DNA of 63,602 nt, counting the filler, from Lenisia limosa (taxonomy: Eukaryota; Protista; Breviatea): NCBI GenBank assembly GCA_001655205.1. It is 15 parts of 15 records of this genome, joined end to end, with 100 filler letters (N's around TTAATTAATTAA, not from the genome) between each part and the next. Parts side by side here need not be neighbours in the genome. Positions count along the whole stretch, not along the records: positions 44,643 to 56,329 come from LPNZ01011336.1; positions 56,430 to 58,610 come from LPNZ01006780.1; positions 58,711 to 62,498 come from LPNZ01006419.1; 12 more parts are not named here. One strand, 5' to 3'. The notes beneath the pieces are model-generated. The model had not been told where the DNA came from. It did no database searches and saw nothing but the letters and a program-made list of their open reading frames with translations. The translations under genes and the position numbers were made by a program. Below are positions 47,972-61,700 of the stretch, in pieces (the first letter of the stretch is position 1; each line of letters opens with the position of its first letter).

Positions 47972-50900
47972 ATGTGTGGTATTTTGAGTTGGGCTGGTGG
48001 ATCCGTTCCCGTTTTTGTCGAACAAACTTTTGAGCATATTGAGAGGAGAGGACCTGACTATCGCCACCAAGTTCAAGCTGATGATGGTGGGCGTGGTTGG
48101 GGGCTAAGGTAAAAAAAATACCTATTACATTTGAACGACATTACTTTTCAACTATTTATATTTGGAGCGTTTTGAGGAAAGAGTATTGCAAACCAGTTCC
48201 ACAGACTGGGTTGTTCGTTATCGAGTTACGTTCACCTTTTTATTATTTAGGAACATGGGCTGTTGGGGCGGCCGTTTTGCAAATGCAGGTTAGGGGTATA
48301 TTAATTCACAAAACATTCCTAGCTAATCTGTAATTTGTAGTACATGATTTGAGAGATCTGTTACAGCAACTCTTGGGGAAAATACAGTAAAATGGCACAT
48401 TGCCAAGGTAATCCACAAGGATGTTCAAATTAACAATTTTGAGATTGTATTTTTTCGGGAATTCGCTCTGACAGTCCAGGGAGAGGTACCACAGAAACAA
48501 CCTTTTGAAACAGATGGAATTGTGGCAGCGTGGAATGGCGAAATATACCCTGAGTGGGGCTGGGGTTGTCTTACAAAAGTGCAAGTTGGTGAAAAATGAT
48601 AGTACTGAATCTTAGTTGTTACCATCTCCGTATCCCCAGCTTCCTTACATACATGTATTATGTGTGTGCACAACTCACAGCGCAGGGGAGACGAAATTTG
48701 TGAGTCAAACGACACCCAGGTTTTTCTCAGTACTGTCACCAACAGCATCCGAGGCAATTCAGTGAGTGGCGCAAATATAAATAAATGTCATTAGTATACC
48801 CATTTTGAAGAACAGGAATTTCAGCACTTTGTCACATCCTTATAACGGTCAAGGTTGAAGAAGCATCTCAACTCCTAGCCGCATTACTGGCCAAGTTCTC
48901 AGGTGAGCCAGGACTACTACTTATTGTTGTTATATCTGTGATTCAATATTACAGAGGGAGTATAAGATGTTGATTAGGGAATCGTGTCCTTTATGTTTGT
49001 TAAAACAGAAAACGACCCTACACCAGTGGCTGTAGATATCAGGGTAGTTTAACTTCTACTTCATAAGAAATCCAACAAAAAAACAAACAACCGATCCACT
49101 AGCTGTTGACCAAGGACAGAACCGTCTCACCAAACAGGTCCCTTTGCTTTCTCGGCTTTCGACAGCAACCGGCAAGTTATGTGGTTCGGCAAAGACCCCG
49201 TGGGGCGCCGTAGGTGTGCTTGGGGAGGGCTGGTGAGTTTTGAGGTTTTTGGCAGACATGGTTTCTGCCTGGTCTTGATTTTCTGAGAGGAGAGGAAATT
49301 CGACTGAGCATAAGTCAGCCATCTCGTATACACTTTTGCCACACATTACATGGTAGTTTTGTTCACACTTTAGTTTATTGGCCCATACTTCCCCATCAAA
49401 CCCCCTGGTACTCTCATCCGTAACTCCAATTATGTCGGATAATACAACTGCCGACACGCTTCCGATGAGTGAACGTCTGCCTTTGGATCCCGACATTCCT
49501 CTGGGCTCCAAGCCAGGCGGACCGATGAGTTCCTCCGACCAGCTAATGTTCCGAGAAGTCCCACCGGGAGTGATTTATTCCTACTCCGTGGCCACTAACA
49601 CGGTCACAGCGTACTCCATGCCTGACAGCGCTTTCCCCTTCAAATCCCTGAGAGCAGCCGTGAGAAATTCCGACGATCTTTCCGATCCAAATGTTCCCTC
49701 TCCGGCCACCCAGGGGTTCCTGCGAGTGCTGGCGTCTTCCGTGCGGACCAGACTCGCTGACGGGACCCGGGGACCCCTTCTTCCTCTCAAGGCACCCGAC
49801 CACCTCCTTCCTTTTGACTGGTTTGCCACTGTGGTACATGAGATGCATTGTGTTGTTTTTAAGACAAAGTGATGAATGAAATGTGTGCAAAAGATTACCG
49901 TTTTGTCATTTTACATTTTCACATGAAATAGTTCCTAGTAACTAATGTAGTGACTTTCGAGCGGCAGATGTTGCACAGGATCGCAAGTGGCTTAGTAAGG
50001 TTTGTTCCTTTCAAACCTTGGGAACAGTCTTTCTTTATCAGATTTGAAAGTGGTTCGTGTCATAGAATCCCTTTTTATTCCATGTTGTTTATTTTATTAT
50101 GCCAAACCACTTATACTATGTGTGTTTTTGTTTGGTTTCATTCATTATCATCCCACCCCCACCCCCCGTAGGTACCCCTTGGCACAGTCTTGTCCCCTGC
50201 TCAATCCGAATTCATCAAAGCCCGGAGCAACGCCATGGTCATGTTCAGTGGCGGAGTGGACTGCTCAATTCTTGCTGGTGCGGGGCAATTTTGCCAATTC
50301 TTGCTGGGTATCTGAGAGTAACACAACACTGTTGTAACAATAAGAAAGCAACCCTTATGAGTATGAGCGATGGAGACCCTGTCAATACACAAAAGAGTGA
50401 TTGCTTGATCAACAGATCTCGATATGGGCTATTGACATTGGAAGGAGTCGAGGAATAATAGGTGCTGTTATCACTGTGCTGATTATTCATCATTTTAGCT
50501 CTTGCTGCGCGTTCTCTACCCCCGGGTTCCACTATTGACTTGGTAGGCTCTTGGGTTTTGATAGTCTGGGAATAGCCTCCAGCTTGAATTTGAGATTGGT
50601 TTGAAATAAGCTGTATTCAATCAAGATATTTGACCCGACATTTTGAATGAAAAAACCTAAAATGCTGGTCCCCCTCGCGCAATTAATTGAAAAATAAACT
50701 GCAAAATTTGAAGAGCGACATATTGTAATGAAAACTCATTTTCAGACTATTATTTCANNNNNNNNNNNNNNNNNNNNNNNNNNNNNNNNNNNNNNNNNNN
50801 NNNNNNNNNNNNNNNNNNNNNNNNNNNNNNNNNNNNNNNNNNNNNNNNNNNTTTAAGAAATATGAGTCAATGGAAGTCAAGCTGGATCAAATGAAAGCAA

Positions 50901-53900
50901 TATTAAAGTACAACAATAAGATATATAATCACCCCCTCAGGTTACGGTAGCCTTCCACAGCCCAGACCCATTACAGGATAAGGAGGCTGGAATGGGCTGT
51001 TTCTCCCCAGACCGTCTCACCGCTATCGATGCACTGAAAGAGCTCAGAAAGTGGGGGGGGGGGGTGTCAGGAAGTTTGTGTGCGTAGCGGGAAGATGGGG
51101 TGTGTTTTTACGGTTAGATTTTGCTCATAAGTTATGTTTTGACCCATCACCCATCACCCTCACCGCATAAAAAACTTGTGACAGGCTTTTCTTATATCAG
51201 TGGGATCACCACCTTCAAAGGTTTCAAATAGGAAAGTAATTGATAATAACTGGCGATTTTGAGAGTAAGAGAGGAAAAAGTGGTATGAATTACGGGCGAA
51301 CGAGAATGGCGTGCTTTGGATACCCGAGCTAACTTTTCCATTTGTGCCTCTGCTGTAACTCTGGAAATATCTATCCCCCTCACCTCCCCCAGGTGCTGCC
51401 CTTGGATCATCTGGAGACTCATTAGAAGTGACACGTCTTCAGGTTCTGCTGACACTGCGGCTGCACAGTGAGGGGTAATCATCCGTGATGGTGTTGATGA
51501 TGATGATGGTGTTGATGATGATGGTGTAAAGTCTAGATGATGATGGTGTAATGTCTAGTTATGATGGTGTAATGTATTTTGGGCCCAAAAGTGAAACACC
51601 TATTAACCCACATAGAGTGAAGCGTTTGATTGCGCCATCAACTCGGGTTATGGACCTCAGCATCGGTTCGGCCCTTTGGTTCGCTGCTCAAGGTAGGGGG
51701 TGAGGTGAAGGTAATGGCTGATGGGTCGGGGAAAGTATCCCGAAAGACGTATTATGCAATATATTCATCGAGGACGTTAGGGTGTTTCAGTTCCAAAAAG
51801 AGTTTTCACCAGCCAGGAGCTGGGGAGATTGAGGTGGCCTCTGACAATGAGATGCGCAGATATCTCGAAGACGTCCACGTCGCCGCCGTAGAGGAACAAA
51901 ACAGACGAGAAAACGGATTGTATGCCGAGTAGGGGGTCATATCAGGTAATGGTGGAATGAGACATATTATAGCAGATATTATAAGTGGCAATAAAGGCTG
52001 TTATTGCTAAAGCGCAGAGATTAAAGTATTATTTTTCTAGTTATCCTAGTTTTTGCTTATCTTTTCCCAGTAAGATTGAAGACCTCATGCATGATAAAAT
52101 TGAAGACATCGCGAAAGCCATGAACAATGCTGCCAATATGGAGGCTTCTGAGGATCAGGAGTGGGGAAATGGTAGTTATGTTATGTATATTGTCGTCCTT
52201 GATGTTGGTTCATGTCATTTTTCTCTAATCTCATCTCATCTCAAATAATCAGGTACTCTGAGGAGTGGCAGGAGACGGCAGGGAAGATACCAGTACAAAC
52301 TCAGGCCCGAGCATGCTGTATGGGCTCCGGGGCGGACGAACAGGGTGCAGGCTACGCCAGGTGCCTCACAAGGTAGGGGATATTGGTGCTTCATGGGCTC
52401 AGAGAGCGGTGGTACATTTGGTTTATCTGTCAAATATTGGTTTATCAACAGGAAGAAGTGGACAGATTGCTTAATCTTTTACTGACATGGGGTAATGGTG
52501 CCCCAGGTTCAAGCACGCAGGCTGGGAAGGGCTTCAAGGAGAGATCCATTTGGACTGTTCGCGAATATGGAGTCGCAACCTTGCTCGGGACTGCAGGTAA
52601 GCGGTTCGTTCATTTGTTGAAGTACAGATTTTAACTGATGGAGCTTTTTTCATCAATATTCCCTAAACTGCAATCACGATGACAGCTCCCTACTCCTTGC
52701 GATTTGATTTGGTTGTCTCTGGAGTGACAGACTAATTCCTTGTTAATATGATGGCCTCCTAATGACCTCTAGTAATGCCAGGTTTTCTCAACCACTCTTC
52801 ACAATAGTGTGCCTCTTCCCAATCTATACACATTCTCACGTCTCCAGTCCTAACCCAATAGGCTCATTGGGGACCATGGGCGTGACCTTCGCACTCCCTT
52901 TCTCTGCCGCAAGGTGACGGCCTTCCTCAGATCCACTGCACTTCACCATGTGACTGATCCGAGACTGGTGTGAAGAGGGCAATACTATTTTTTGTGAAAT
53001 TGTATTTGAATTATTTTATGATGGTCCCTTGAAAACACGTTTTTATTTTGTCCAGAAGCCTGGTCTTGGAGAAAAAATTATTATCCGTTCAGCTGCCTCT
53101 GTTTGGGGGCGGGGGGTAGGAGATAAAAAGATTACATTTCTGAGGTGATTTTCATTTTTTCAAGGATAATCTTGTATTTTGATCAAGAGACTTCTCCCCA
53201 CACATTATGCTTGTGATCAATCTGCACTTCTGATTATTTCAAAACTATAATGCTGCATGGAATCGTATTAGTCCAAACTGTTGTCATTCGATCCAGGCTC
53301 TCGGACTAATCAGAACTGCCGTTTTCCCGAAGAGGGCAATCCAATTTGGCTCGAGGTTTGAAGGGAAACATTTATATAAATTGTCTTTTTTTTGTTTTTG
53401 TTGTTTTTATTGTTTTGAAAATGGAAGAAATTGTATCACATCACCCCCTTCACAAATATGTTTTTATTTCATTGTTTGATGGTAGTTTCAAATTTGGCAC
53501 CAAGTGTTGAGAGATTTTTTATAATCATCCATTTTGTCATATAGTTTGAAGAGTTATTGTTTATTCTGAAGGCTACTTTTTTTGGTATTTATCCTTCGTG
53601 TCATACATAATACATTGCCATTTATCCCTAGATCTGCCAAACTTGTTGTATGTCCGCCCAGAGAGCGATCAGCAGTAAGGGCCCAAGCAAGCTCTGATGG
53701 TAGCCTCCAGGTGGGGTTGCATTTTGCCAGCTTGCTGTGTCTATTATATTTAATCGGACTTGTTGAACCACATGGAGTCAGTTCACCTAAAATATCATCT
53801 TTTTTAACAACTTTATTTCCTTTTACCGCCCAGGGCTGGGGCCGGCGACACCGTGGACAGGCAGTCCTCACTGACAACGATGGAATGGGACTGGCCCCCG

Positions 53901-54366
53901 GCGGCTTGGAGAAGGCTCGAGAGCAACACAGGGCTTGGGAGGAAGAAAAGGCAAGAAAGCGAGCGGTTAGTGGAGATTGAACCGTATTTGTGTTTTTAGT
54001 ATTATATCTCATATCTTGATCCACGTACACTGATGTGATCTGTCTCCAATTTTCATCCATAAGGAGCGTTGTGTATGATCGGTTGAGGATACTATTGCTG
54101 TCTCAGTTCATGTAAACTCCTGGATGGTTTAACGGTTTTCTATTCTCTTAGTCATAAACCGGCCATAAAAGCATATGATACATACATATTTTATATTGTG
54201 CTCATTGTTTGATAGGATGTACATATTTCATCACCTTTTTCTATAATTTGGTTCCTGACTTTTTCAGTCCAAAGCTAGGAAGCAGGAGAGAAAAGCTGAG
54301 AGGCGAGAGGCGAACATCAAGAGTCACCAAGAGAAACAAAATTCCATATTAGCATCTTGTAGTTGA
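47972..54366 (+). CDS. ASNSD1: Asparagine synthetase domain-containing protein 1 (Ntn amidotransferase plus synthetase domain)
   Basis: MCGIL, RRGPD, QPF...WNGEIY, GPFAF...WFGKDPVGRRS, FSGGVDC, TIDL|VTVAF, PDRLTA, DLSIGSALWFAAQG, GSGADEQGAGY, SRNLARD, GDHGRDLRTPFL, GEKIIIR, PKRAIQFGSR; TGA at 54364-54366. Confidence 0.92.
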
Positions 54367-54849
54367 GTATGATTACGTGTATTTCGGGTGCTCATGGTTT
54401 CTAAAAATCAAGTTTATGTTGTTTTTGCTCTTTAGAGCTGAGACTGTTTCAGTAGTTTCTTGATTATATTTCAGTAGGTTCTTCTGTGGATGGAAATTAT
54501 TATTATGAGACTTCATCTTTATCAACTAATTTACATTGTATCAGATCATAGATTCGAGCTTAATTCATTCAAATAATAACCCATTTGTGTGGATGAAACC
54601 ATGGAAAGATTTCTAATGATTCCTAACTATTCTCTTCTAGATGATGGATCCACCCTGTTATTGGAATTGATGTAAAAAATACAATGCATATTCAGAAGAC
54701 TATCACATAAAGAAGATAGTTTGATTTGTGCCACCAGTTCTGGCAATATTCCTTATAGAGTAATCCACGGCACAGCGCACAACTACTTATGGAAGGTACC
54801 AGTTGAGATCGCCGCTCTTTGTGCCAGGTAATTCAACATTAACCTGACG

Positions 54850-55270
54850 CACAAAGTGCATCTTGGAATTGCTGTAGTTTTTGGACAAAAGGGTTTGGCG
54901 GTAAAAGTCTAACGCCCTCTTATGGAAGCCCTCCTCGATGGGAGCTTCTGTGAATTGAAATTTTCTAACTCCAATTTTTTTTTGTAAATAATAATAATGC
55001 AGATACGTGCGTCAATGGAGAAGTCAGCCCACATACAAAATCTTACTGCGCTAAACATCAACCAGTAGTACTTCCTAGAGGCGTTTCTGTGAATAGGCTT
55101 TTTCCTCTTCCTCAATTCTAACTGGTTTGGACATATTGCTGACAGAGCCTTCCTTCAATGATAAACATTTTGTGCTGTATTTCTCTTTAATATCTGTCAC
55201 TCATAGGACAGGTCGCTGGAAGAAAAGCCACTTGGTGGTGTTCCGAATTATGTAGGAAGAGTAATAGTTG
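54850..55270 (-). CDS. Possible exons of an unknown protein
   Basis: Open exon EAPIEEGFHKRALDFYRQTLLSKNYSNSKMHF and KYYWLMFSAVRFCMWADFSIDAR with canonical junctions; the gene could not be assembled. Confidence 0.35.
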
Positions 55271-55872
55271 TAACATATCGAAAAATTTATTTTGTCTAAC
55301 CAAGGTGATGTGGGAAATTGAGGCTGAAAAAACTTGTGTGCTAGTACACAGCTAATAATTATTGTGAAAAGGTTTAAGATGGTTCCCGCCCCCATTTTGC
55401 AATTTTTAATAATAAAAAAAATGCATTGAATCAGTTCATTTTTCGATACCACAAACCGTATCTCCAATTCTTGTGCATTCCTTTACGATACTTGTCTTAC
55501 AATCTGAGCAGTCTGAAGAGAGGGGGGTGGGAGGTGAAAATATGAAATTATATAAAAATCAATTAAATCTGTGGAGGTAAAGAAAGGAATTTACACAGTG
55601 GATAACAATATTCTGTAATCGTGTAAATCTGAAAACATGGAAGAAATATCAGCCAAATACTGGTGGATAGTGCAAATGAAGAAAAAGGAAGAAAAATTGT
55701 ACATCCATTGAAATTAAAATCAACTTAAATAGACCAGTTAATTGTGTAAAATAACCCGTCTATCAGGGAAACAAGCATATTGTTATTGAATTTAGAGTTA
55801 ATTAATTTTTGAAAACAACAAAAAAAACCAGATCAAAAGGCCTAGTTAGTAGGTGGCGCTAGCTTTAAATGT

Positions 55873-56078
55873 TCAGCACTTCATCTCCCGCCCACTTGAA
55901 CAGGGGTTGTTGGCAGACAGGTCACCTGTGACTGTGTTGAACGTTCCGTCCTGACACCGTCCGCAGGTCACACCGTTCCCAACGCGGCGATTGATTGAAC
56001 TGCAAAGAGTACACACCCCCGATGAGTTGCCGGCACATTTGATACTGGGGTATGACGTGCCCGGACAATCCTGGCAAG
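55873..56078 (-). CDS. Cysteine-rich exon with TNFR/furin-like repeats
   Basis: CQDCPGTSYPSIKCAGNSSGVCTLCSS...CGRCQDGTFNTVTGDLSANNPC after a ctacag acceptor. Confidence 0.55.
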
Positions 56079-56429
56079 CTGTAGAGGGATGATATCGTTG
56101 AATTGAGAGTACATGATGCATAATTATGCATTTGAAGCCGTACACAATCAGGTGTGAGAGGATAATAATTATAGAAAAATATTAACTCAGAAAATTACCC
56201 AACCATTAGTCTTATATCGACAAACACAATGCATTCTGCGTAATATTCCTATATTACACAAGAAATATGCATCGGATAGGATATACTATATCGATATATA
56301 ATTATATATATGATATAATATATAGCTACNNNNNNNNNNNNNNNNNNNNNNNNNNNNNNNNNNNNNNNNNNNNTTAATTAATTAANNNNNNNNNNNNNNN
56401 NNNNNNNNNNNNNNNNNNNNNNNNNNNNN

Positions 56430-58083
56430 CATTGATGTTATCCTCCTCGTGTACTCCAACTGCCTTGTCTCGACGGTCGAAAACGGTCATTCCATTCGCC
56501 GGTCCTAGAGGGAATGTTACGAGAAAGGCTGTGTACGGTCCGAAAAAGACTGCTGAAATCGATTTTTATTGAAGATTTATTGAGATATTCAGTCTTTTTA
56601 GGACCGTTGGGAAGCCCTAGTTATGAGTAATATAATAAACATGAGCAGAGAAATTAGCACCTCTTTTTTGATTCCAAAAACTGCTGTGAAGGGGTGTGGA
56701 AGAAGGGGTAAAAATCTCTCCCATGGAGAGCGCTTGAACTACAATTTGCCGCGAATAAACCAGGTCTGATACACCCATATTAATGATAGGCTGAGCTGTG
56801 CGTTAGTTGGCCATGTTTTTTAAGTTCTCATATTGTTGGGATTGTAATGTAGATTGACGTTCTGAACAGTGACCCTTCACAGCAATTTATTATAGAAAGA
56901 AATATGGGGGTAAAAGTAAAATAATAACCTCAAAAAGATTCAGCATATCGGAGAGAGAAAAACAAGATATAAAATGATATGACAGGAGAAAAAGATGTAA
57001 AGACAAAAAAACAGTTCACAACTCCACCACCACCAAACACGGATCTTAACATCTCCCCTCAGCAATACATTCCTCAATCCCTACCCTCATTTATTGACAT
57101 TACCATCCCAACAGTCACAGCCACGCTACCTCGCCGCCACATACCCCCTTGGTGCTGCACAAGCATATGAGTGGGATTGACTGTAAAAAGGTCGGGGAAG
57201 ATGCTGAGAAGGAAGCAGATCGAGTCGTGTTGCACTGACCCCACCTTCAGGAACATATCACCGTCACCTTGGGTTTTAATATGATAATGTCAGCAGGACT
57301 TTCAGGGAAGAGATCCTCGTTAGGTAATCATGGATATTAATTAAGAGGATAGTGTCTGCTAGCTACAGATAATTGGAGGGGTATGGAGGGGAAGGAGAGT
57401 TGGAATCTCGATTATTAGATTAAGGATTATGAGATATGAAGAAAGGGTTATTAAATTAAGAAAGGATTATGATATGACGAAAGGTCAGAAAAACATATTT
57501 CCACTTCGAAACCCCAAGATTTTAATTATTGTTTTTATAACAAAATTTTCACCTCCAATATGTTTATTTTCGGGTACTCGGATTCAAGTCCGAAGAGGTG
57601 AGGATGGAAGGGTATTAATTTGGGCTATGAGGGCGTGTGTATGATAGAATTGAGGGAAGCGCCCCAAGTACCTTCGTTGGGTTTGCCTGCAACCTTGGTG
57701 TACTGTTCGCTCATCTTCAGGACGGCCTAAACAAGTCAATCAAAGCAGGGGCTCAGGAAAGTTGACTCGCGGATAAACAAGTCAATCAAANNNNNNNNNN
57801 NNNNNNNNNNNNNNNNNNNNNNNNNNNNNNNNNNNNNNNNNNNNNNNNNNNNNNNNNNNNNNNNNNNNNNNNNNNNNNNNNNNCCCCACTCTTCCAACAC
57901 TTAAGACCCAAAAATCCGACTTAGGATTCTGGTCTGGTCCCACTTTCTACTACCACCATTTCCATCCACCCCTCCCACCTGGGAAACATGGCAATGCTCG
58001 CCGACAGCGGGAAGGACATGTAGGAAGAACTCGTGGGGGATGGGAACGTTTAGAGTTGTGTCCAGAGTCACCCAGATTGAATT
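56430..58083 (-). CDS. Multi-exon protein fragment, unknown function
   Basis: Exons NSIWVTLDTTLNVPIPHEFFLHVLPAVGEHCHVSQ, AVLKMSEQYTKVAGKPNE, VGSVQHDSICFLLSIFPDLFTVNPTHMLVQHQG, GPANGMTVFDRRDKAVGVHEEDNIN. Confidence 0.6.
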
Positions 58084-58726
58084 CTGGAAGGGGGGGAGAG
58101 GAGTAAAATTGGAAAACTTATGAAACAATAATAAAAAAATCAACTCTGTTGGCTGACAACAAAAGAGGCTTGAAACAACANNNNNNNNNNNNNNNNNNNN
58201 NNNNNNNNNNNNNNNNNNNNNNNNNNNNNNNNNNNNNNNNNNNNNNNNNNNNNNNNNNNNNNNNNNNNNNNNNNNNNNNNNNNNNNNNNNNNNNNNNNNN
58301 NNNNNNNNNNNNNNNNNNNNNNNNNNNNNNNNNNNNNNNNNNNNNNNNNNNNNNNNNNNNNNNNNNNNNNNNNNNNNNNNNNNNNNNNNNNNNNNNNNNN
58401 NNNNNNNNNNNNNNAAGCAACCAGATTGGTTAAACATTGGAGAAACATCCTTCTCAATTTGTTTTACGTAGTAACATACGGTGACCAGGATAGTCTTAAT
58501 TGATTTTCCTTGGGAAATCAAATTGCAAATCGGTCAAGACTTATCCTGTTACTGTGTATTTGTTCTTTTTTCTAAAATCAAATCAAATAGACCCCCCCCC
58601 CCCCAAAGGTNNNNNNNNNNNNNNNNNNNNNNNNNNNNNNNNNNNNNNNNNNNNTTAATTAATTAANNNNNNNNNNNNNNNNNNNNNNNNNNNNNNNNNN
58701 NNNNNNNNNNCCCCCCCCCCCCTCAG

Positions 58727-61700
58727 TCTTGTTGCCCAGCCCGTGTCGGAGCCGTCGGAACCGGTGGAGCCTTCGAGGCTGTCTGATGATGAGTCCGACC
58801 GCGTAGCTAATGTGCGTCTTGGCTGGGGTGTTTATACGTTGCTTTTCTGGATCTGAACAGTTTCTATTTTCCAATTAATTGAACAATACCAACATGGTAA
58901 AAAAAAATCATTTGATATGGCCCGAACTAGCATTTCAAGTATTGATTATCTAATATTTGGAATAGATACATATTCATGTACATGGTGTTATTATAAAGCT
59001 GTGTTGTTATTCCCCTCCAGCGCAAGAAGCCATCAAGCCGTCGGCAGCGCAGAGCCGTCTCTTCCGACGACGACTCTTCCGACGCTCCCACCAAGCCCGC
59101 CACCATCGTCCAACGCTACGATAATATTGATCCGACGGTCCTCTCTGAGCTGCCGCCTGAAATCCAGGCCGAGTGCATGACGCGTAAACTCCGCCCACGC
59201 CCCGCGCGCAATGAGCTCACCAGTGATGACGAGTTCATACCCTCCGGACCATTGACAATGATTTCATCGTCACGGCCTGTGCGCAAAAGCAAGCGCTCGC
59301 GCAAGCCCTTGGCGCGAATGACTGAAACGTTTTTCCGGTCTCACAGTACCCGACAGGCAAGTGAAAGGGCAACAGAACGCCTGCACGATATTGACATGGA
59401 TATAGGCCCCCAGGACAAGGTCGCCTATACCTGGACCGCTACCAAACCCAAATCCGATAATAAGCCGCCAAGGAAGTCAAGTCCAATCTCAATCCCCCCC
59501 ATGTCGAGTAAGAAGAACTACCCCGCACCGGGCCTTCCGATGCCTTCCGACGCTTCCGCTTCCGCTTCAGCTTCCGACCTGATGGCCACACCCGCCTTCA
59601 CGCCAGCGTCGTCTTTGTCGTCAACCGGTGGCATGCCCAGGTGGGGGGGGGGGGGTNNNNNNNNNNNNNNNNNNNNNNNNNNNNNNNNNNNNNNNNNNNN
59701 NNNNNNNNNNNNNNNNNNNNNNNNNNNNNNNNNNNNNNNNATAGTATACTGACCTTCAGGACTCTTCATGGGGCAATTGCAACAGCCAGTCGAAGCCGAA
59801 GCCATTCTCTTGGTATGCCTGCGGTATTGGTTTTTTTCAGAAGCACGGTTGATCTGGACTGCTTTCTCATCCTTCTTTCTTTTCTTTTTCCTTCTCTTCT
59901 TTGTTTTCTTGTTTTCTTCGTTCTTTTTTCTTCCTCTCTTCTTTCTTCCTCTCCTCTCTTAGGTGTGTACCTGTTTGATTATTGACTCTAATCCAATAAA
60001 AGAGTGATGGAGTGAACAGTTTGGCCAATATACCCTTCTCTGATTAATATTTCAACACATTCCAATATAATGACTTTTTGCGCTCTTTGACAAATTCGAT
60101 CTCACACACAGGGTCGGATGTGGCGCATGCATTGGATGTGGAATCGCGCAAACGGGACACCCAGAGGGAAATCCAGAACCTGGCTCGGAATATGACCACG
60201 TGGGGAGGAGGTACAGTGTAGTTTCTAGGGTGGCGGAATTTCAATTCCTCGAATTGTTGACACAGCAGGGACGAATTTGACATCTTTGGGAGTGCAATGA
60301 ACACCTCTCCTATGACGTCACCATTCTTCACGGGGTGGGGGNNNNNNNNNNNNNNNNNNNNNNNNNNNNNNNNNNNNNNNNNNNNNNNNNNNNNNNNNNN
60401 NNNNNNNNNNNNNNNNNNNNNNNNNNNNNNACAAGAAAATATCTTAAATAAATAAGGGAAACATAAGAATACAAATGATATCATAAACAAATCACCATAA
60501 ATAGTGTGGGGGCGCGCCTTCCCCTTCAAGAATATGATACGTCTTGAATTATCAAATATGCCGCTGCCACTTACCATCACAGCACAGTCTTGTTTCAATC
60601 CGTATGTTTCTCAANNNNNNNNNNNNNNNNNNNNNNNNNNNNNNNNNNNNNNNNNNNNNNNNNNNNNNNNNNNNNNNNNNNNNNNNNNNNNNNNNNNNNN
60701 NNNNNNNNNNNNNNNNNNNNNNNNNNNNNNNNNNNNNNNNNTTTGAAGACATTAATTGACAAAATTTGACATTAAAGTTGAAAATAGATCTCACTTCAAA
60801 TTTTCTCAATTAATTTTTAATGAATAAGGCACCCACCTGAGTGTTTTACCCTGCAGGCTGACACTACAATCGCCGTCCTTCCTACCCATGCAGATCGACG
60901 ACCATATGGGAATCCTGCCAACTACAGGTGCGTTCTGTTGCTCCTTAAACATCAAAGATATTGATCTCAGGGTTTTCAAAGCTGTTTGTTTTTGTTTCAT
61001 AAATTTTCCAATTTTACGAAGTGACTGGCCTGGGCTTTTGTTTTGTTGTTATCAATCCTTGTGTGTTGTGTTGTCAGCCAACAGTGTTGATTTGGGCATT
61101 TTTGTTTCATACATTTTCCAATTGTACTAGCTTTACGCCAATATTCTTCAAAATTTTCTTTTTCAACAGAGTTGATTTGGGTTTTTTTTGTTTCATAAAT
61201 TTTCCAACTTTACCCCCCCCCCCCCNNNNNNNNNNNNNNNNNNNNNNNNNNNNNNNNNNNNNNNNNNNNNNNNNNNNNNNNNNNNNNNNNNNNNNNNNNN
61301 NNNNNNNNNNNNNNNNNNNNNNNNNNNNNNNNNNNNNNNNNNNNNNNNNNNNNNNNNNNNNNNNNNNNNNNNNNNNNNNNNNNGTTCTGATATAATATAC
61401 AGTGGCCGGGATAACTTTTGACCTATTTTCCTTGGGAATCGGTCAAACTTATCCGACCACAGTACATACAGATATTAATGGGTTTACATCTCATGGGCAA
61501 CTTATCACAGTTATAGTTACAGGAGAATACGTTCTTATTTTATTGCTATTTTGACAATAAAAAAGGACATTAACTAAAATTTTACGATAAAAAAAGACAA
61601 TATGGGGATGCACATTTCTTTGCCCAGTGTCCTCCTATATTTCACCTCCCCCAGACTCCATGGAACACCCCACAATGCCGTCGGCTCCATTGCACCATCA

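Noticed and set aside
60044-60598. 184-aa minus-strand ORF
   Set aside because: It spans an N gap. Splice signals and B-element polarity indicate the coding strand here is plus, so it is likely the antisense shadow of GC-rich exons.
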